Notes: generated by a model from the sequence alone, not told the origin. DNA of 59,534 nucleotides, filler included, from Basidiobolus ranarum (GCA_040143965.1; 9 parts of 9 records of this genome joined end to end with filler, not necessarily neighbours in it); one strand, 5' to 3'; numbered from the whole stretch's first letter, positions 46,424-58,220 are shown. Made by a program: numbers and translations.

Positions 46424-47988
46424 CCTGGATTCGTCACTGCTACAGTTACCGAGGGTATCAACGTCAACGATATACTCTCTGCCTTCACGGTGGAGGGACT
46501 GGATCAACTACCTTTTATTGAGACGTTTTTAACAGCCAATCTAAGGTACTTTGAAGCATGCTTTGGCTATAAACCAATAGAAGCAGAAGATACCACAGCA
46601 ACCACGAACACTCCTGCCAACTATGAAGACTCACTTTCTATTTTTGGAGTCGGGGTTGAGCTTTTCTGGGATGAACCCATTACTTTGGGGCCTCTTCATC
46701 TTTCTCGGGTCACTGTTTCGACGTAGTTTTACGACAAGTATCACCCGTATAATATGTTCGACAGCGAGGAAAGAGGTTTCAAAATAACAGCCAACGTTTT
46801 TGGCAACTGCACCAGAGCTGAGGTTATATACAACGCTAGAAGTGAAAACTCTATCATTTCCGCTTCTCTTCGCCCATTTTACCCCGTCACTGTGAAGCAG
46901 ATGATGGATACCATGCTTTCCTCTACGCTTCAGGCGGATTTGTCTTTGTCCGTGTGGGACATCACCCTAAACATGGCCGCTATGGGAATTTATATCGAGA
47001 AGAAAGATGAAACCAACACGTATGGCCTGGATAGATTTGGTGTTCAGCTTGGAACAACGTCTAAACTTGATATGCAAGGCTCTCCTAAAACTTATGGATT
47101 CAAATTGGTTGACCTGATGGTCTCCTATCGACGTGGCAAAGCTCTCGATTCATTTGTCCTATTACCTAACTCTCATGACCATACGTCCCTGGTTTTAACT
47201 GATTCCGACAAGAAAAAAGTCAAGAGGGATGAGTTTAGCCATCTTATCAAATCCATAACCAATGCAACTCAGAACGGTGTAATCCAGAACTGGGATAACA
47301 ACGAAGTGTACCCTGAAAAGTTGTTACTGCTACTGCTGGCCTGAATGGCAAACGCGCTCGACTGGCATTTGGATACCAAGCTGCGGGATATGGCGGCAAT
47401 GCTGCCAGTACGATAGCAGTGAGTATAGCCGGAATTGATAAGGGAGCTTTACAGCTTGACAATGTTCTTTCCTTGTTTGGATTTTCCGAGAAGCCAAACT
47501 ACGATAACCACGATCAGAACATTAGCTTTTGGAATTTTGAGATACTAAGACTTGGTGGATCAGTCAAGATTTTGACTTTTCCCAGCACCCATTCTCAGCC
47601 CCCAACCGACAATAGTAACCAAGATCAAAGCCAGCAGCAGCCGCGCAAGTTTATTCTATCAACCGTCGAGATGACTGTGGAATCGGGCAATCATTCATTT
47701 GAACTTCTAAGTCAACCCAAGATCATGGTGGACAAGTAGGGACTTGACATGACATATAACGCTGAAAAGGCCGTCGATTCCAAATCCGGACTTGAAGCGA
47801 CCTTTTACGCCGTCATCACTATCGCGGGCCATCCGCTGCGTATCATTCGCCGTAAAGATGCGAAGTATGGTTTCGTGTTTCTCGGATACATGAAAACCCA
47901 TTTTTGTTCAAATTGACGACAGCAAGGGTCCCATAAGAGTCAAACATATTATCACTACAAGTTCAAACCGGAAGATCTTCCTCATCCA
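46424..47988 (+). pseudogene. Disrupted 5' portion of a large beta-rich gene leading into the lectin-like ORF
   Basis: Frame open from the gap, then in-frame TAG 46724-46726, a frameshift near 47330, TAG 47737-47739 and TGA near 47915. The last frame is continuous with 47989-49326. Confidence 0.6.
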
Positions 47989-49326
47989 TTGGATCGCGGC
48001 AATCAGTACACTATATCCGCCTACTCAGTCAAGGGATCCGCTCGTGGTGTTTGGAGTTCAATCGAGTTCAAGGTGCCAGATGTAGAGGTTGCGGACACCT
48101 ACTGGACCGGACCGTTCGAAACCCGACTTGGGGATATTTTTTCAAACGCTAGCTTACACATTCTTCAGCACACGCAAGATTTATATACCTATGCCCTGTG
48201 GTCCACTTCCAATGGCAAGGTGGTTTACCAGCACACCGAGAACGATGTCGTGTGGCAAACTGAAGCCTTTGAAACTATTGCTGATAATACTACTGCGGTA
48301 ATCCCTGATGGTTCTAGCTTTTCCTGCGCCTACCTGTCTGAGCTCCATCAGGAGATCTATTGGATCGGCCCAGACGGCTCAATCCAAGAACGCCGTCAGC
48401 AAGTCGATCCAAACGATACTGCTAGGACCGCACGTGTTTGGAGTACAATTGATAATTTTCCTTTTCCCACTCCCAAAGCCCCTAGTATTGAGAAGGGAGG
48501 CTCAATTTCCGCTGTGGCGCATCATGATGGAACCAGAATCGATCTCTGGTGGGTCGATGACAAACAATCTCTCATCAAGGCTACGTTCACCACAAATCCC
48601 GAGAAGTGGACTGGTGCCAGCGTTCTTGTCTCTGGCGAAATAGGACCTTCAGGAACTGCTGGTGGTGGCGGCAACAACAACAAATCACAACTACCTAGCA
48701 GATTGGCTGGTTGTGCTGCTAATGGGCTGTACACATATTTGATGTGGATCACTTCATCAGGTCATGTTCAGGGTGAACGTACCTATGAGAGTAACTTGCA
48801 TGGCTACATATATAGTTTCCGCGATGAGGATGTCGATGCAGTGAATGCCATACCAACTTCTTCGCTGGCTATGCTGGCTCGTCCTGGTGCAAGCACTAGG
48901 ATGTGGTGGATCTCGCCCAACGGAAGCGTACTGACGGCCGTCCAGTTCCAAGCACAAGCCCCACCGCCAATATCCTCCTCAACAATGAGAGACAAGGAAA
49001 AAGCATGGCACATCTTCATCGTGTCAGGCTACCAGAGCGCATCGGTGCACTCGGAAATTGTTGCGGTTTACCTGAACGATAATGACCTGCGCGTGTTTTG
49101 GGTTTCACCCAATAATAGGCTCATGAGCGCAAAGGCGGGTTTAACCAAAGTGGTAAAGACCGAGTGGCAGCTTACTGGTCAGTTGCCGGCAGTGAAAATG
49201 TGCAAGGCGGTAGGTGAGCAGGAAAATGACGGTGTTAACTATTTACGAAAGTATCTGGTTGCGGTACCATTAGGTGAGAAGAAGATCGGGGTCTGGTACG
49301 TTAGTATCGATGGTAAGATTATATAA
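47989..49326 (+). CDS. Fucose-specific-lectin-like (AAL-type) beta-propeller region, probably the C-terminus of the disrupted gene
   Basis: About 7 blade-like repeats: YALWSTSNGKV, QEIYWIGPDGSIQE, IDLWWVDDKQSL, YLMWITSSGHV, RMWWISPNGSV, LRVFWVSPNNRL, GVWYVSIDGKI; the track start is TTG, not ATG. Confidence 0.65.
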   Translation: MDRGNQYTISAYSVKGSARGVWSSIEFKVPDVEVADTYWTGPFETRLGDIFSNASLHILQHTQDLYTYALWSTSNGKVVYQHTENDVVWQTEAFETIADNTTAVIPDGSSFSCAYLSELHQEIYWIGPDGSIQERRQQVDPNDTARTARVWSTIDNFPFPTPKAPSIEKGGSISAVAHHDGTRIDLWWVDDKQSLIKATFTTNPEKWTGASVLVSGEIGPSGTAGGGGNNNKSQLPSRLAGCAANGLYTYLMWITSSGHVQGERTYESNLHGYIYSFRDEDVDAVNAIPTSSLAMLARPGASTRMWWISPNGSVLTAVQFQAQAPPPISSSTMRDKEKAWHIFIVSGYQSASVHSEIVAVYLNDNDLRVFWVSPNNRLMSAKAGLTKVVKTEWQLTGQLPAVKMCKAVGEQENDGVNYLRKYLVAVPLGEKKIGVWYVSIDGKII

Positions 49327-49853
49327 TAGTCTGATCTGGAATGTAGAGTGGGATGAATGTGTATATAGTCTGTTACGGTACCTATTTTACTAACTATATC
49401 AACTGTAACTGTTTCAACTTTTTCCATATTATTATAAAAGAAAACACACTTTACAAGGTAAGTTTCAATAACAGTTCATTATTATTAAATTCAAATTGCA
49501 AATAGTATAGGATAAACCTTCTCAATATTTATTGAAATATCTTAATTTGTTTCATTATCATTGAACTCCATAGAAACTAAGGCTCTATTTTGCTTTATAA
49601 TACTTCCATTTTGTACAATGTCTTATTAATCCTTTAGATTTTTTAGTTGCTATTTAATTTATACTTCTATATAGATCCTGTTAATGATTCTGTTGCATAA
49701 ATGGAGAGCTAACTAACTCCAACTAAGAAATAAGATTTTATATATACTCTTATAATACTATTTGACATACTTAAAAAGTGAGTGGGGCTAGGTGGTGAGG
49801 ATTTTGTTGGTATCATATCCAGATACTTCATGCTGATGAAGAATTTGGAAGCC

Positions 49854-50182
49854 TGTTGGAAGTGGTTTGGAGAATTAGAGGAATTGGTGGTTTTTGCTCA
49901 TTGATTTATTGAGTAGAAAGTTGACATTTATAGTCTTATCAAGATGTAAGCAAACTAACATACAGAGTGTGTTAAGGAAGGTCCCAGGAAAATGTGCACA
50001 AAGTTTGGGGCTTCTATCACAAGTTTGAAAAATCTATATATATGAGAACTTCTAAGTTGGTAAAAATATTCTAAGTAAATTCCAATTGCAAATAATGGGT
50101 AATATCTTGGTTAAATATAAGATAACTAAGTACTAAGCATATATATGACTATATTGGTGTTTAGGCAATGCTAATTTCAACA
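49854..50182 (-). repeat. 3' LTR of copia family A
   Basis: TGTTGAAATT...TTCCAACA on the minus strand, directly after the PPT. Confidence 0.9.
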
Positions 50183-52930
50183 CTCCCTCAACTTAATAGT
50201 CATATAAATTAATCCTAATAAAGGTCTAAATTTCTCAAATTTCTGTCTAGCTAATGGTTTGGTTAATATATCAGCAATCATGTCTTCAGTACAACAACAA
50301 GTTAAATCAATAAGCTTACTCTCTATGGTGTCTCTAATGAAGTGATGCTTAATATCTATATGTTTGCTTCTATTATGAAGTATGGGATTTTTAGCTAATT
50401 TGATACAACTTTGATTATCTTGAAATATTGTAGTTGGTGAATTTTGAGAACAATCTAAATCTGTTAGGAGTTTTCTTAACCATATTGCTTCTTTTGTTGC
50501 TTCACAGGCAGCCATATATTCTGCTTCTGTTGTTGAAAGTGCTACAGTAGGTTGTTTCTTTGAATTCCAAGAAATAGCTCCATTACAGCAAAGAAATAAG
50601 TATCCTGTTGTAGATCTCCTGTCTTCAATATCTCTTCCCCAATTTGCATCTGAATATCCCATCAGATCAAAGTTTGATCCAGAATATATGTACTTTAATC
50701 ACAGATCCAAAGTATCTTTCAAATATCTGAAAATTCACTTAACTGCTATGATTTGATCAGATCCATAATTTAGAAGATATTGGCACATAACTCCCACAGA
50801 ATATGCAATATATGGCCATGTTTCAACCATGATATAGCTCTAAGTACCAACCATAGATTGATAAGGAAATTTCTGGCTTGCATATGGATCAATACACATC
50901 CAATTTGAGGCATTTTTGGTCAAGTTAAGATTTGTATCCATTGGGGTAGATACTGGATTATATTCTTCCATTTTAAACTTCCTTAGTATATCTAGCATAT
51001 ACTTAGACAGGTTTAAAGTTATTCTTTTGGTAGTTCCAGCTATCTTAATTTAGATTCTAAGATAGTATGTTAGTTCACTAAGAGCAGTCATTTTCAATTA
51101 GGCAGATAAGCTGGATTTGGTTTTCTTCAAAGTCTTCAAGTCATTGGTTGCTATAATAAGGTCATCCACATATAAGGCTAATAAAACTGGGTTTGTCTTA
51201 TCTGGCATGAAGTAGATACTATAGTCAGCATTACTCTTTTGGAATTTGAGTGATTGCAAAAAAGCATCTATCTTGCTATTCTAAGCTGTTGCAGATTGTT
51301 TTAAGTCACATAGTGTTTTCCAGAGTCTGCAAACTTCTTTAGGATTTTCTGGGTCCACAAACCCATCTGGCTGGTCCATATAGATCTCCTCAGCAAGCTA
51401 ACCATTCAACAAAGCATTTTTAACAACCATTTAATGTATAATAAACTGATATTTAGCTTAAATTGCTAAAATCAATCTGATTGAAATAAACTTTCCTATG
51501 GGAGCAAAAGTTGCTGTATAATCTATTCCTGGTGTTTGGGAGTAGCCTTTAGCTACTAGCCTAGCCTTGTATCTTTGTGTATTGCTTTCAGTGTTGTATG
51601 TAACTTTAAACACCTATTGGCAGTCATTGGATTTTTGATCATCAGGTAAGTGGGTTAAAATCCATGTTTGGCTAACAATTAAAGCCTGGTTCTCATCAGC
51701 CATTGCAGTTCTCCAAAATTTTGTGTGAGGGCCATTGAGGGCTTCTTTTATAGTCTGGGTTCATGTATTGGAGCTGTGTAGGTGTAGGCCCAATTTTGGG
51801 AATCATTGATGCAGCAATTGGGGCTGTTTCTGATCCAATTTGATCTCCTGGTTTGGGATAAAGGCACAACAACTTCTGGCATTTTATTGGGCACTTCAGT
51901 AGGCAAAATTTTGGTTGAAGTGTCCACAGGAATGCTATTTTTTTATTGTTTTGGTTTAAATCAATTCAAGTGATTGGATCAGCAGAAAATTGATTATTGT
52001 CATCATCTGTGGTCATTGTGGGTGAGAATATTTCACTTACATTAAACAAAACATCCCTGGACTTGATTAACTTGGAAATATTGGTATTGTAGAGTCTGTC
52101 AGGCTTAGTTTGAGTACAATAACACTAAAATATGCATTTCTTATTTTATGGATCAAATTTAGACTGATTTTTGGTCATAATTTTGACATCAGCTATGAAT
52201 CCATGGATCCTCAAATTTTTTGCATCAGATTTAACTACAAACCAAGCTTGATATAGTGTAGAGTTAGACGGACTTCTAGTAAAACTCCTATTCTTCAGAT
52301 ATACAGTTGTAGAAACAGATTCCACTCAAAAGTTATGAGATAAATCTTATGCATTTTTCATAGATCTTGCCATCTTTATTATAGTCCTGTTAACACTTTT
52401 GGCAACTCCTTTTTGTTGAGGTGAATAGGGCAGTTGTTTCTTGCTTCATTTCATGAACTTTGCAAAAGTGCTTAAATGGTGTTGAAGTATATTCTCCACT
52501 ATTATCAGTACATATTTTCTTGATTTTAGTTCCAATTTCAGTCTCCACAGGTGTTTAAAATCTCTAAAGACAGAGAGAGCTTCTTCTTTCTTTCCATAAA
52601 GTAGACAAAAGTGTATCTTGTATAGTAATCAATAAATGTATTGAACTATTTTTTTTTGCCTAAAGACAAAATTTGCGTAGGTCCACACAAATCTGAATAA
52701 ATTAGATCCATTTTTTGGACAGATTTGATTAAACCAGAGCTTGTGAATGGTTTCCTGGCTTGTTTTCCATATAAACAACCCTCACAAATTTCCATTTTGG
52801 TTGGGGGGTTAATTTGAATTCCAGAAATTAGGCAATTTTTGATCATTTTGCTCAAATAATCAAATCCAATATGGCCAAATCTCTTATGCCATAATTGAAT
52901 AGTTTCTTGATTGGAATAACTTATATTTAC
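49854..52930 (-). mobile_element. Degraded Ty1/copia element (family A): integrase-RT-RNase H, PPT, 3' LTR
   Basis: CEGCLYGKQAR, SDLCGP, TDNSGEY, YSDANW, ALSTTEAEY, KHIDIKHHF, ADILTKPL; ORF ends LREC* across PPT GAGGGAG (50189-50183) into the LTR. Confidence 0.95.
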
Positions 52931-53030
52931 NNNNNNNNNNNNNNNNNNNNNNNNNNNNNNNNNNNNNNNNNNNNTTAATTAATTAANNNNNNNNNNNNNN
53001 NNNNNNNNNNNNNNNNNNNNNNNNNNNNNN
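52931..53030. other. Artificial contig linker
   Basis: N44-TTAATTAATTAA-N44. Confidence 0.99.
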
Positions 53031-53305
53031 AGTCTGGTGACTTGTGGTACAAGCAGTAATTTCCAAAGAGGAAAATATGGAGTATGGTGACTGCATCTGA
53101 ACACAAAGTCTAAGGCCAATCAGTTGCTTGTATAGCTGAAACGCCAAAGTACCATACATTGACAGACTAGGTTAAGGTTCCCTAGCAATATAGGTATAGC
53201 ATACAAGGACTGGTAGCTCAGTGGTTAGAGCACCTTGCTAGAGTGAAGGAGGTCCCAGGTTCAAAACCTGGCCAGACCAATATTTCTCTGTTAATAATTT
53301 CAATA
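53031..53305 (+). mobile_element. Third copy of the tRNA-bearing LTR (first few bases in gap)
   Basis: Colinear with 37154-37427; ends AATAATTTCAATA. Confidence 0.85.
53207..53279 (+). tRNA. tRNA-like sequence inside the LTR (nominal anticodon AGA)
   Basis: GGACTGG TA GCTC AGTGGTTA GAGC A CCTTG CTAGAGT GAAGG AGGTC CCAGG TTCAAAA CCTGG CCAGACC A; D and T stems intact. Confidence 0.72.
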
Positions 53306-53380
53306 CTAGCCACACCATCTTCAAATGAACTATCATGCTGGAAATTGATGCAAGATTATCCTCTTGTTTGTGAGTTAGCT

Positions 53381-53700
53381 TTATAGCTGCATGAAAAAAA
53401 AACAGCCAAAAATTGTTGCTATTGACTTCCAGCTAGGCCTTTGGAAGCAATACCTTGCCTCTAAGACACCTTTCTTGATTCCCAGTATTCCATGTTTTTG
53501 TCCTATTGTCCATCTAGTTTGTACCAAGTGCCTTCCTTTCTGCGTACTACCTTTGCCCCTTAACACTATATTTACATCCTCTGAACTTGAATAAATTGGT
53601 CATCAAGTTAAGTATGGATATGATCCAGTATTGTCACCATATCTTAAAAGATTAATGTCTTGATTGTCACTTTGTTTAGATTGGTATATAAGCTAAATAA
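53381..53700 (-). mobile_element. Possible decayed DDE transposase fragment
   Basis: TRWTIGQKHGILGIKK weakly resembles the RWxIExxFxxLK helix; CpG-poor and lies between LTRs. Confidence 0.25.
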
Positions 53701-53737
53701 AGTCCACACCACCTGGTACTTTTCATCCCCCTAAGCC

Positions 53738-53959
53738 TGTAGAATGTGTTAAGGAAGGTCCCAGGAACATGTGTGCAAAGTATGGGGCTTCTAGCACAAG
53801 TTTGAAAAAATCTATATATCTGAGAACTTCTAAGTTGGTGTCAATATTTTGAGTAAATTCCAATTGAGAATGATGGATAGTATCTTAGTTAATTACAAGA
53901 TAACTAAGTACTAAGCTATATATGACTATACAGGTGCTTAGGCAATGCTAATTTCAACA
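53738..53959 (-). mobile_element. Partial copia LTR (family A)
   Basis: tgtagaatgtgttaaggaaggtcccagg...ggcaatgctaatttcaaca matches 40039-40259. Confidence 0.88.
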
Positions 53960-54339
53960 TTTTTCTGGTTCTCTGACAGTTTTCCACTAGTTTGATCAGG
54001 ATCCAATCCTGATTATCCAAAAATGATTTTTGTGAGGTAAGGTAAGGCTACTTTGCAATGAAAGGTAGTTAAGTAGGAAATCCAAGCATGCAAATCCCAG
54101 CCCCTTAATGTGCAAAGCCAACTAGAAAGCAAATCTTCAAGACTACTCACCAGGATTAAATGCAAAAATACAGAGCCTGCTTGTGCTACTACTTCAGCAT
54201 TAATATTACACCAACTTGGAAATATGAAATATTTCTGTGGTGGTAATTAGTAAATTGGGACAAGTAGAATTTCCATTAGTATGCCACTATTAATATATGG
54301 CTATTGTAACTCTCATTAATTACATAAAAGTGCATGTTA

Positions 54340-54840
54340 ATTCATAAATCTACAGATGGGCTTAAACTAACACACATAGTCAACTTACTACTAAGATTAT
54401 GCATTCAATTTCTCAACCCACGACTACCATTTTTGTTTAATTTAGAAATAGGACTGCAAAATAGTTTGCACAATGAGGGTGGCTAGTTTCCAATAATATG
54501 TAGCTACATGTCGCTTAATAACTACATATTAACGCTCCTATTGATTGCCCTTTGGCGATCCAATTAATGCATACCGCCAAATGGGATTTTAGTACAAATT
54601 GTTTATATTAGGTTATGTTACGGTTGATTTACCTAAAGCTAATGGTAATACCATAAGGAATACTGGGAAAATGGTAGTATATCGGCTAATTCATGCATTG
54701 AAAGATTACAAGTTAGGACTTTTATCTTCTTTTATTTGTGTTGTACTAAGCTTGATATCAGCCACTCGTAATTCTTAAACATGACATGAATAAGCAATGA
54801 AGAGTCAACCCTTCTCACCAGCAGCAATATTCAGCTTAAC
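54340..54840 (+). pseudogene. Relic copy of the lysozyme upstream region and first codons (ATG changed to ATT, CDS deleted)
   Basis: 54517-54838 parallels 55565-55898 (offset about 1050-1060); caatATTcagctta at 54829 versus caatATGcagctta at 55889; 54385-54446 parallels 59300-59365. Confidence 0.8.
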
Positions 54841-54841
54841 G

Positions 54842-55430
54842 TTACCACTCCAATGTGACCACTTGAAGAGATCCCCTCCATTACCGCCATTCCTATCATT
54901 GTGGTATCCCTACTTTCACCTTGATCAGAGTTGTAGTTCTGCTACAATCAATGATCAATAGCTGATTATGACACACATTTAACAGGCAGTCGGTAAGGTT
55001 GGTATTATATTATAAAGACTGCTGCTTGATTCTTAAGCACAATGAATGTGCATAAAGGTGGATTGCTATAATAGGTGTATCAGTGTATAAAAGCATCTCA
55101 AGGATCGAATGCACCAATCCTGAGTTTGCTTGTACTACTACAGCATCTATTTGTGTAGTAGTGACTCTGAAAGTGATAAAAGTAAATTCCAGAAACAAGC
55201 TATGTTGCTATTGTTACACGGACTAAATATTTAAATAATCGTACTCTAGTCACTCATATTTTCTTTTTCGGGGAATCAATATATCTATGGCTGTAGCTGT
55301 GGGAAAAACCCACCCATTTGCTTCAGTACTACTAAGGTAGAATTCCATTCGAATTGAATCGCCTTTTCCCGCTATGTCGGGTTATGCTAGCTACAGGAAT
55401 GCATTACATGAATGGGCTTCAAGAAAATAC
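54842..55430. repeat. Segmental repeat block, paralog of 58553-59205
   Basis: Shared ttaccactccaatgtga, ttcaccttgatcagag, catttaacaggcagtc, ctgaaagtgat, tatgtcgggttatgcta. Confidence 0.85.
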
Positions 55431-55888
55431 CTGGGGTCTAATTGCACCTTTGTTGAATCTGTTAACTCCCTATTGCTATATCCCAGATCACAACCATGCT
55501 GGCCAAATTTGGTTTCGTATAACATGGGCGGCTAATTTCGGATAGCAGTGGTGACACTTCGGTTAATAACTACAAATTAACGCTCCTATTGACTACCCTC
55601 GCATACCGCCAGGTGGGATTCTAGTCCAAATCCTATATATCAGGTTATGTTACGGTTGAATTTACCCGGCTGATTGAAAGGTTTAAACCTAGTGGTGATA
55701 CACCAATACACCATGAAGAATGCTGAGATAATAGTAGCACTTCGGCTAATCTATGCATTGAAAAATTGAAAGTTGGGATTTAATCTTCTTTTATTTGTGT
55801 CGTACTAAGCTTGATATCAGCCACTCGTAAAACACTAAACATGACATAAATAAGCAATGAAGAGCCAACCCTTCTCACCAACTTCAAT

Positions 55889-57244
55889 ATGCAGCTTACA
55901 AACTCTGCCATCTCAGCTAAGGGTTTACTCCTAGTACTCCCTTCTATCCTTCTCTTGACTTCATCGGTAACCGCCAAGTCCTTCCCTCTTAATGATGGTG
56001 TCAACCTTCGTGCTGGTCCAGGAACTACCTATCCCGTGGTAGGCTCTTTGAAAGCTGGCTCCTACGTAGATGTTGTATGCCAAGAAGCTGGCCAATCTGT
56101 CAATGGCTATAACATCTGGGACAAGCTTTCAGATGGCAAATGGGTCTTTGACAAATACGTTGAAACCGGTACAAAATTTGTATCTGGAATTCCAGGATGC
56201 TCCGAAACTGGTGGTTCTAACAATGGCAATACATTCCCTATCAATGATAATGGAGTACGGGTCCGTTCTGGCCCTGGAACCAGCTTCTCACAGGTAGGCA
56301 CTTTGAACAAAGGTGACAAAGTAACAATCCAATGCCAAGGTACTGGCGAGTCTGTCAATGGATACAATGTCTGGGACAAACTCACTAACGGCAATTGGGT
56401 ATTTGACAAGTACGTCGAAACCGGTGGCAAATATGTATCTGGTGTACCTAAATGTGATGGAGGTAATGGTAACGGTGGCAATAATGGTGGTGATAAGACC
56501 TTCCCCATCAATGACAATGGTGTCCGCGTTCGTTCTGGGCCAGGAACTAGCTATTCTCAAGTAGGTACTTTGAACAAAGGTGATAAAGTAACCATCCAAT
56601 GTCAAGGTACTGGAGAGTCAGTCAATGGATACAATGTCTGGGATAAGCTTACTAATGGCAACTGGGTTTTCGATAAATACGTCGAGACCGGTAGTCAGTA
56701 CGTCGCTGGTATCCCCAAATGTGAGGGCGGTGATAATGGCAATGGTAACGGTAACGGTGGGAATAACGGCAATGGAGGGTCCAATAATGGCCGTATTAAC
56801 CAGGCTGGATTGGATTTGGTCAAGAGTTTTGAAGGCTGGTTTCCCAATTTCTATATTGACCCGGTAGGCATCAAAACTATCGGCTATGGTCATGCCTGTC
56901 ACTCTGATCCTACTGGATGTGCCAACATCCGTGCCCCCTTATCTGTCGCTCAAGGTGAAGATTTGCTACGTCGCGATATGGCAGAGTTCGAGAAGTGTGT
57001 TAGCGGGCTTATCTCAACCTCTCTTACTTCAAACCAATTTTCAGCTCTAGTATCATTCTCGTTCAATGTTGGTTGTGGTGCTCTCCGTAACTCTGATATG
57101 CGTAGATTTATCAATCAAGGGAACAACGGTGCGGCAGCTGCAGAATTTGGACTCTGGGTACGTGGTGGAGGAAAGGTTCTTCCTGGTCTAGTTAGAAGAC
57201 GTAAGTCGGAGCGTGATTTATTCTGTTCGGGCATTTCATGCTGA
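55889..57244 (+). CDS. Secreted GH24 (phage/T4-type) lysozyme with three tandem SH3b-like cell-wall-binding domains
   Basis: Signal peptide; three repeats of V(N/R)(L/V)R(A/S)GPGT..VG.L..G..V...CQ..G.SVNGYN.WDKL..G.WVFDKYVETG; Gly/Asn linkers; catalytic E-x8-D-x5-T in FEGWFPNFYIDPVGIKTIGYGH; QFSALVSFSFNVG; LPGLVRRRKSE; intronless. Confidence 0.95.
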   Translation: MQLTNSAISAKGLLLVLPSILLLTSSVTAKSFPLNDGVNLRAGPGTTYPVVGSLKAGSYVDVVCQEAGQSVNGYNIWDKLSDGKWVFDKYVETGTKFVSGIPGCSETGGSNNGNTFPINDNGVRVRSGPGTSFSQVGTLNKGDKVTIQCQGTGESVNGYNVWDKLTNGNWVFDKYVETGGKYVSGVPKCDGGNGNGGNNGGDKTFPINDNGVRVRSGPGTSYSQVGTLNKGDKVTIQCQGTGESVNGYNVWDKLTNGNWVFDKYVETGSQYVAGIPKCEGGDNGNGNGNGGNNGNGGSNNGRINQAGLDLVKSFEGWFPNFYIDPVGIKTIGYGHACHSDPTGCANIRAPLSVAQGEDLLRRDMAEFEKCVSGLISTSLTSNQFSALVSFSFNVGCGALRNSDMRRFINQGNNGAAAAEFGLWVRGGGKVLPGLVRRRKSERDLFCSGISC

Positions 57245-58012
57245 AAAGTATGTTGTAATTACCCCCAATAGACACCAATAAAGTGAAATTGAATAGCTTT
57301 ATAGGTTAGCCAAAGTTCAATATTAATTAGTATCTCCCAGTTACTTATTCGGGCATACTGAATGCATGAGAACATAAAAAGCAAAAGTTGACTCTGTGGC
57401 TTATCAAACAAGTGTTACATTTACCGCTTTGTAAGTCACGTTAGCTTGATGTTTGGATGGTAAACATCTACAAATAGCACTCCAAGATTGAATTTAATCT
57501 GAAACAGCTTATACCTATAAGGGCTGAATCCTCTCGTATATGAGTCAGGTTGTTCGCAAATAAAGTATGATAACCGGAACTTAAGTTATATTCGTTGAAT
57601 AATCTAGTGTTAAGTCTACTTGAACGTGAGTGTATGAAAAGTAAGATCAAAAATGTATAATTAAGCAGACGTAAGAATTTACATGCACAGAATTAAGTAG
57701 CGATATCAATGACATACGGTTGCCATTGAATCTGTGCTTGAAGCATCACTAATTCCAAGTGCGCGTCATACCTGATGCAAGGATAGTAGTCAAAGATGGC
57801 ATTATTCTGAGTACTACGTATTACGATTAACCCAAATTAGTACTGATTAATGGACCAAGTCCAGGGCGTCTATACTTCGCGTTAGGATAATCAAAGAGAG
57901 AGTTCGACTTGAGCGAGTTCATTAATCGCCTTAAGGAGAACTGCATTGGCTATCGTTTCTGATTTGCAAAGAATTTGTGCGCACTTATGGATGTTTAGTG
58001 TAGGTTCGGATC

Positions 58013-58056
58013 TCTCTTGTTAGGGGTCTGCCAGTCTCTTGTTAGGGGTCTGCCAG
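58013..58056. repeat. 22-bp tandem duplication
   Basis: tctcttgttaggggtctgccag x2. Confidence 0.9.
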
Positions 58057-58131
58057 TAAGCTCATCGATCGGTTAGGTTCGATTGATTGGTTTGAAAGTT
58101 CTACAATGTATGGATGAATAATGGGTAGGAT

Positions 58132-58220
58132 CATTCGTTTTCAATGTTCCAATTTGATTCATTCATTTTCAATGTTCCAATTTGATGCATTCATTTTCAA
58201 TGTTCCAATTTGATTCATTC
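58132..58220. repeat. 28-bp minisatellite, about 3 copies
   Basis: cattcattttcaatgttccaatttgat(t/g) x3. Confidence 0.9.

Noticed and set aside
55889-57244. Bacterial or phage contamination as the source of the lysozyme contig
   Set aside because: The same contig carries this genome's copia LTR A and the tRNA-LTR, and the gene has a eukaryote-style signal peptide and AT-rich flanks.
58013-58220. Short direct repeats as a CRISPR-like array or telomere seed
   Set aside because: Head-to-tail repeats without unique spacers in a eukaryotic context; TTAGGGG appears only once per 22-bp unit.
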